Shown piece after piece: positions 62,201 through 64,000 of a DNA stretch of 64,000 nucleotides. Positions within the stretch are counted from its first letter, which is position 1; every line of letters starts with the position of its first letter. This stretch comes from Raillietiella orientalis. Lineage: Eukaryota. The position numbers were made by a program, and so were the translations under genes. The notes under the pieces are model-generated. The model was not told the DNA's origin and searched no databases. It saw nothing but the letters and a program-made list of their open reading frames with translations. The DNA is taken from assembly GCA_036172245.1 (NCBI GenBank), contig JAYWIR010000003.1, positions 1,674,001 through 1,738,000 of the forward strand, given 5' to 3'.

Positions 62201-62349
62201 GCTTCTGCGTCTGGAAACTTCGGCGTTCCCCTCGAAGTGGAAGCAGGACGTCCTATTCTATCTATCCCCGCACGGAGGCTCCTGGCGCAGTCAGCGCCTG
62301 CACCCACATTTCCGGGAGAGTTGCGTCTGGGCAATCTATTTATCTATCT

Positions 62350-64000
62350 ATCTATTTGTATTGGATGCCGCACTTCATTCTAGCCTCCTACGAAACTGGT
62401 GGCAACCTATGCTGCAAACAGTCGCTCGCAAATCACCAATTTCTGAGAAATTTCTGGTTCAATCCAGCGTGCCACACGTTCTTCATTAGGTTTCGTATTC
62501 CAGAGTTTTAGATCAAAATGGGGTCCCTTGAGGAAGGGAAGAGGTGAGGTTTCCTGGATCACTTTCGTTCCATCGCCAGTCTACAAATGCTAAAAGCATC
62601 CCCTCAAGACAAAAGGAAGCTGCCCAGCTGAACTCTTTGGCAATCCGATGAAAATGACCTTTCTATTCCAAAACACGCTCTGTCGTAAAGATGGGGCTCT
62701 GTGGAAAACCACTGATCACACACACCACAGTTGCTGAATGCACTTCCTGGATTCAAGGACAGTCTTACATCGTCTTTGTTGCTGCACTTGCAATTCACAT
62801 GACTGTTCTATGCAACTCTTTCGCAACAAATTGCAATCTTCTTGCTCACAAGGATGAAGAGACTTCAGGATCCTGGATGAGCGAACTCGAATTTTTTCGC
62901 GTAATCTTCTTCATCTTTCCATAAGATTCAGCAAGAATATCAGCTTTCCCGACAGTTCCTCGGTGAGGCCCACGGGGGGAAAGGGCTCCGTGTGATTGTA
63001 GTCAGTTTATTCTTTCAAGGTGGATTTATCTTCGTAGAAATAGGCAGACGCAGAGCTCCCAGCGCTTTGCTGGTGAGCGACCCCGGCCCCATGCGGAGTA
63101 GTAAAGATAAACGGCGAGGACAGTCCATAGGCAGATCAAGAATTCTCACCAAAACTTGCGCATCTTTCAAAGACGCGTGCCATTTTGTCAAAGACATGCA
63201 TGCCACCCACAAACCTCTCTCTGCCTCCTCGATTCTCCAGGACTCTCTGAAGGATATCCGATCTGCAGCATGGCATCAAGAGTTGCTGATTTCCTCTCCA
63301 ACTGATCGCTCCCTAGATAACATGGGCTGAGACCAGTCTCCGCAATCGGTAGCTTTCCGGGAGACAGAGCTTTACCTGAATCCCTTGCTCGCCAGGAAGG
63401 ATGACTTCCGCTCACCAAACTGCTGCTGCTACTCATTCGCGTTCCGAGTGGAAAAGCTCTGGAAACTGGAACTTTGCAGAGAAAATCACCCCTTTGCCTA
63501 CGAAGATCAGCTTTAGGCAAAGAATCGGCTCTTGGTAACAAGGAGGATTCAAAATTAAAAGGCGAGTTTCCGAGGAGACGGAAACGGATGGCCCCGCGGC
63601 CAATGTGTTCTCAAAGGGCAATGGTTATTAAGAAGGTCTTGGTCTCCTGCATGGCTTTTGTTGGTCGAGTCTTGGATTGTGGCGTTCTTACGAGCGAGGG
63701 AATGGAGGGAAATGAATGCGGCGCTCGATGAGTCTGCTGACTTATCACTTCCAACAGCAATGCGATCAGAGAGGCAAGCGTTCCAACCCTGCTGATCTTC
63801 CTTTCGGAGACGAGCGGTAGGGGAATGACCACGTCGATGAAAAAAGGCAATGCAGCAGCCTCTCTTCTGATCGCAGGATCCCGCACTTCACTGGAAGCAG
63901 CACCTATTGATTCCATCATCCACCATGATAGGGGTCGGCAGTCCCCTCTAGGGCTTTATTGTTGTTGTTGTTGCTGTTACTGCTGCTGCTGCTCTTCTTC
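62350..64000 (-). mobile_element. Possible N-terminal region of a decayed R2-group element
   Basis: Cys pairs (NCGVCDQWF) and a low-complexity Ser/Pro region. May be the 5' part of 56300-58950. Confidence 0.25.
63959..63993. repeat. (GTT)n/(GCT)n trinucleotide tract
   Basis: ttgttgttgttgttgctgttactgctgctgctgct. Confidence 0.75.

Overview
Eukaryotic (animal) genomic DNA, not prokaryotic. It holds one clearly intact host gene: a plus-strand LAP-family leucine-rich-repeat gene (Erbin/Densin-180/Lap1-like, about 23069-27938). That gene has one 2.5-kb first intron and otherwise only 38-64-nt introns, including a GC-AG intron and three AAG acceptors. Almost everything else is a nested graveyard of transposable elements. 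(i) About 14 heavily decayed R2/NeSL-group (RLE-type) non-LTR retrotransposon remnants, read almost all on the minus strand. (ii) About 11 L1/Tx1-like fragments in both orientations; their 3' ends share an AATAAA plus GC-hairpin terminus without poly(A). (iii) At least 7 copies of a ~750-800-bp tRNA-headed SINE-like family with a doubled T-arm/B-box and an internal array of C(TTCG)G hairpins. (iv) A younger 5'-truncated RLE copy flanked by a 49-bp direct repeat. (v) An AT-rich MITE and hAT-like transposase relics. TE boundaries are approximate and were read by eye from degenerate motifs across frameshifts. The exon boundaries and the explicit repeat pairs were checked base by base.
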